This document shows, one piece after another, positions 62,404-64,000 of a stretch of DNA of 64,000 bases. The position numbers were made by a program, and so were the translations under genes. The notes below the pieces were generated by a model that was not told the origin of the DNA, ran no database searches, and saw only the letters and a program-made list of their open reading frames with translations. Origin of the DNA: Nitrosopumilus sp. (GTDB lineage: Archaea > Thermoproteota > Nitrososphaeria > Nitrososphaerales > Nitrosopumilaceae). The stretch's first letter is position 1. Every line of letters begins with the position of its first letter. Where the stretch lies: assembly GCA_965204345.1 (NCBI GenBank), contig OZ241981.1:1536001-1600000 (forward strand), read 5' to 3'.

Positions 62404-62436
62404 ATTTAAATAAAGATCTCAATTTTTTGACATATC

Positions 62437-63495
62437 TTGAAGGCCAGTCGCTCCACTGTAATGGCTCTGTTACTTTCATTTGTAGTTGGCTTTTCTGTGA
62501 TTGCGCTCTTCCCAACTTTTTCTGATGCCAAGTCTGAGCCAAAAACATTTGTCACACATTCTGGCGCTGTGGTTCAAACCACCGGTGAAATAATTGATCC
62601 GTTGTATACTGTTTCAACCGTGGAGTTTGATCCGATGGAATATCTTAGGGATTTCAATTATGGCAGAGTCTCTCAACTGTCTGATGGAACCACTCTGAGA
62701 GAATTTACAATTATTGCAGAGGATGATAAGATTATGGAAGTTTCTCCTGGCGTGTTTTACAACGTCTGGACTTTTAATGGAACCGTTCCCGGTCCTACCA
62801 TTAGAGCCACAGAAGGCGACTTGCTTAAAATCAATTTCATCAACAATGGCTCTAAGGAGCACACAATACATTTCCATGGAATTCATCCGGCCGGAATGGA
62901 TGGTGTCTTTGAACCTGTTGGAGGCAACGGTGGCAGGTTTGTATATGAATTTGAGGCTGGCCCTGTTGGGGTTCATCCTTATCACTGTCATGTCATGCCA
63001 TTGGAGGAACACATCATTCATGGACTTTACGGCGTGTTTATTGTAGACCCTAAAGAAGAACGTCCTCCTGCTGATGAAATGGTCATGGTTCTAAACGGAC
63101 TGGATACTGATTTTGATGCTGAAAATAATTTTTATGCTGCAAATACAATTCCCTTCTATTATCAACATCATCCCATTCAAATCAGTACCGATGAGTTAAT
63201 TCGGGTTTATGTTGTCAATATGGTGGAATTTGATCCAATAAACAACTTTCATCTTCATGGCAATCTGTACAAGTATTACCCGACAGGAACAGATCTTGTG
63301 CCATCGTTTTACACTGACATGATTACATTATCCCAAACCGAGCGTGGAATTATGGAATTTGTATATACTTTTCCGGGAAAATACCTCTTTCATGCTCACA
63401 AAGTAGAGTTCTCTGAAAAAGGATGGGTTGGAATATTTTTGGTAAGTGATTCCCCCCAAAAGGATACTGCTAAGGATTTAGACTATGAAACTTGA
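62437..63495 (+). CDS. Two-domain multicopper oxidase
   Basis: HTIHFHG, YHCH, FHLHG, FHAH. Confidence 0.9.
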   Translation: MKASRSTVMALLLSFVVGFSVIALFPTFSDAKSEPKTFVTHSGAVVQTTGEIIDPLYTVSTVEFDPMEYLRDFNYGRVSQLSDGTTLREFTIIAEDDKIMEVSPGVFYNVWTFNGTVPGPTIRATEGDLLKINFINNGSKEHTIHFHGIHPAGMDGVFEPVGGNGGRFVYEFEAGPVGVHPYHCHVMPLEEHIIHGLYGVFIVDPKEERPPADEMVMVLNGLDTDFDAENNFYAANTIPFYYQHHPIQISTDELIRVYVVNMVEFDPINNFHLHGNLYKYYPTGTDLVPSFYTDMITLSQTERGIMEFVYTFPGKYLFHAHKVEFSEKGWVGIFLVSDSPQKDTAKDLDYET

Positions 63496-64000
63496 CAATA
63501 ACAACAGCAATTCTTCAAAAATCAGAATCATTGCCAGTGGGGTGATACCATTTGCATTTGTCGTTCTTATGATGCTGTATATTTTTGGTCCGGGTGCCTC
63601 CTTGCTGGATTTTGGCGTTCAATTGCCTGAAATTACCATTGAAAAAGTAGATTTTATTGATTCTGAAATTCAGGCCACTGTCAGAAACACCGGCCCGATT
63701 CCAGTTGAAGTGGTCATGGCTGATGTAAATGATCGAATCCAGCCTGCTGCTGTAGAGCCTGATAGATTTCTAGAACGGTTTGAAACCACCTTGGTCCGAA
63801 TTCCCTTTGAATGGAATCACGCAGAGCCATACGTTGTTGGAATTACTATTGAGGATGGAACTAGATTTGAAAAAAAAATTGAGGCTGCCGCACCTGCATT
63901 GGAATTGTCTTGGGATCTTGCAATCTTCTTTGCAGTAATTGGCACCTATGTTGGAATTATTCCGGTAATGATTGGCCTGTTGTGGCTTCCATTCATTAAA
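63485..64000 (+). CDS. ZIP-family metal transporter with N-terminal extracellular domain (runs off window)
   Basis: MKLDNN...VRNTGP...IGTYVGIIPVMIGLLWLPF; overlaps MCO stop. Confidence 0.7.
   Translation, partial: MKLDNNNSNSSKIRIIASGVIPFAFVVLMMLYIFGPGASLLDFGVQLPEITIEKVDFIDSEIQATVRNTGPIPVEVVMADVNDRIQPAAVEPDRFLERFETTLVRIPFEWNHAEPYVVGITIEDGTRFEKKIEAAAPALELSWDLAIFFAVIGTYVGIIPVMIGLLWLPFIK

Overview
Low-GC archaeal window that looks like a Nitrosopumilus-type ammonia-oxidising thaumarchaeote (MCM-GINS-RFC-Hel308, Alba, aIF6, sdhABCD, rps13/rps4, multicopper oxidase plus ZIP transporter). Core genes are interrupted by accessory islands at tRNA-Asp (about 3.0-18.4 kb), tRNA-Lys (18.5-20.2 kb), tRNA-Ala (27.8-31.8 kb) and a tRNA-less insert (about 50.8-54.5 kb). 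The standout is a candidate phase-variable restriction-modification locus in the tRNA-Asp island. A PLD-nuclease/SF2-helicase gene and a Type ISP/IIG-like N6-adenine methyltransferase gene face an inverted, N-terminally truncated alternative C-terminal specificity cassette. The two copies share a 307-bp perfect inverted repeat starting just before the NPPY codons, plus further conserved blocks separating four variable segments, and a tyrosine recombinase gene ends 4 bp from the repeat. Inverting the roughly 6.2-kb segment would swap DNA specificity. Protein family calls come from motif recognition by eye; no database searches were run.
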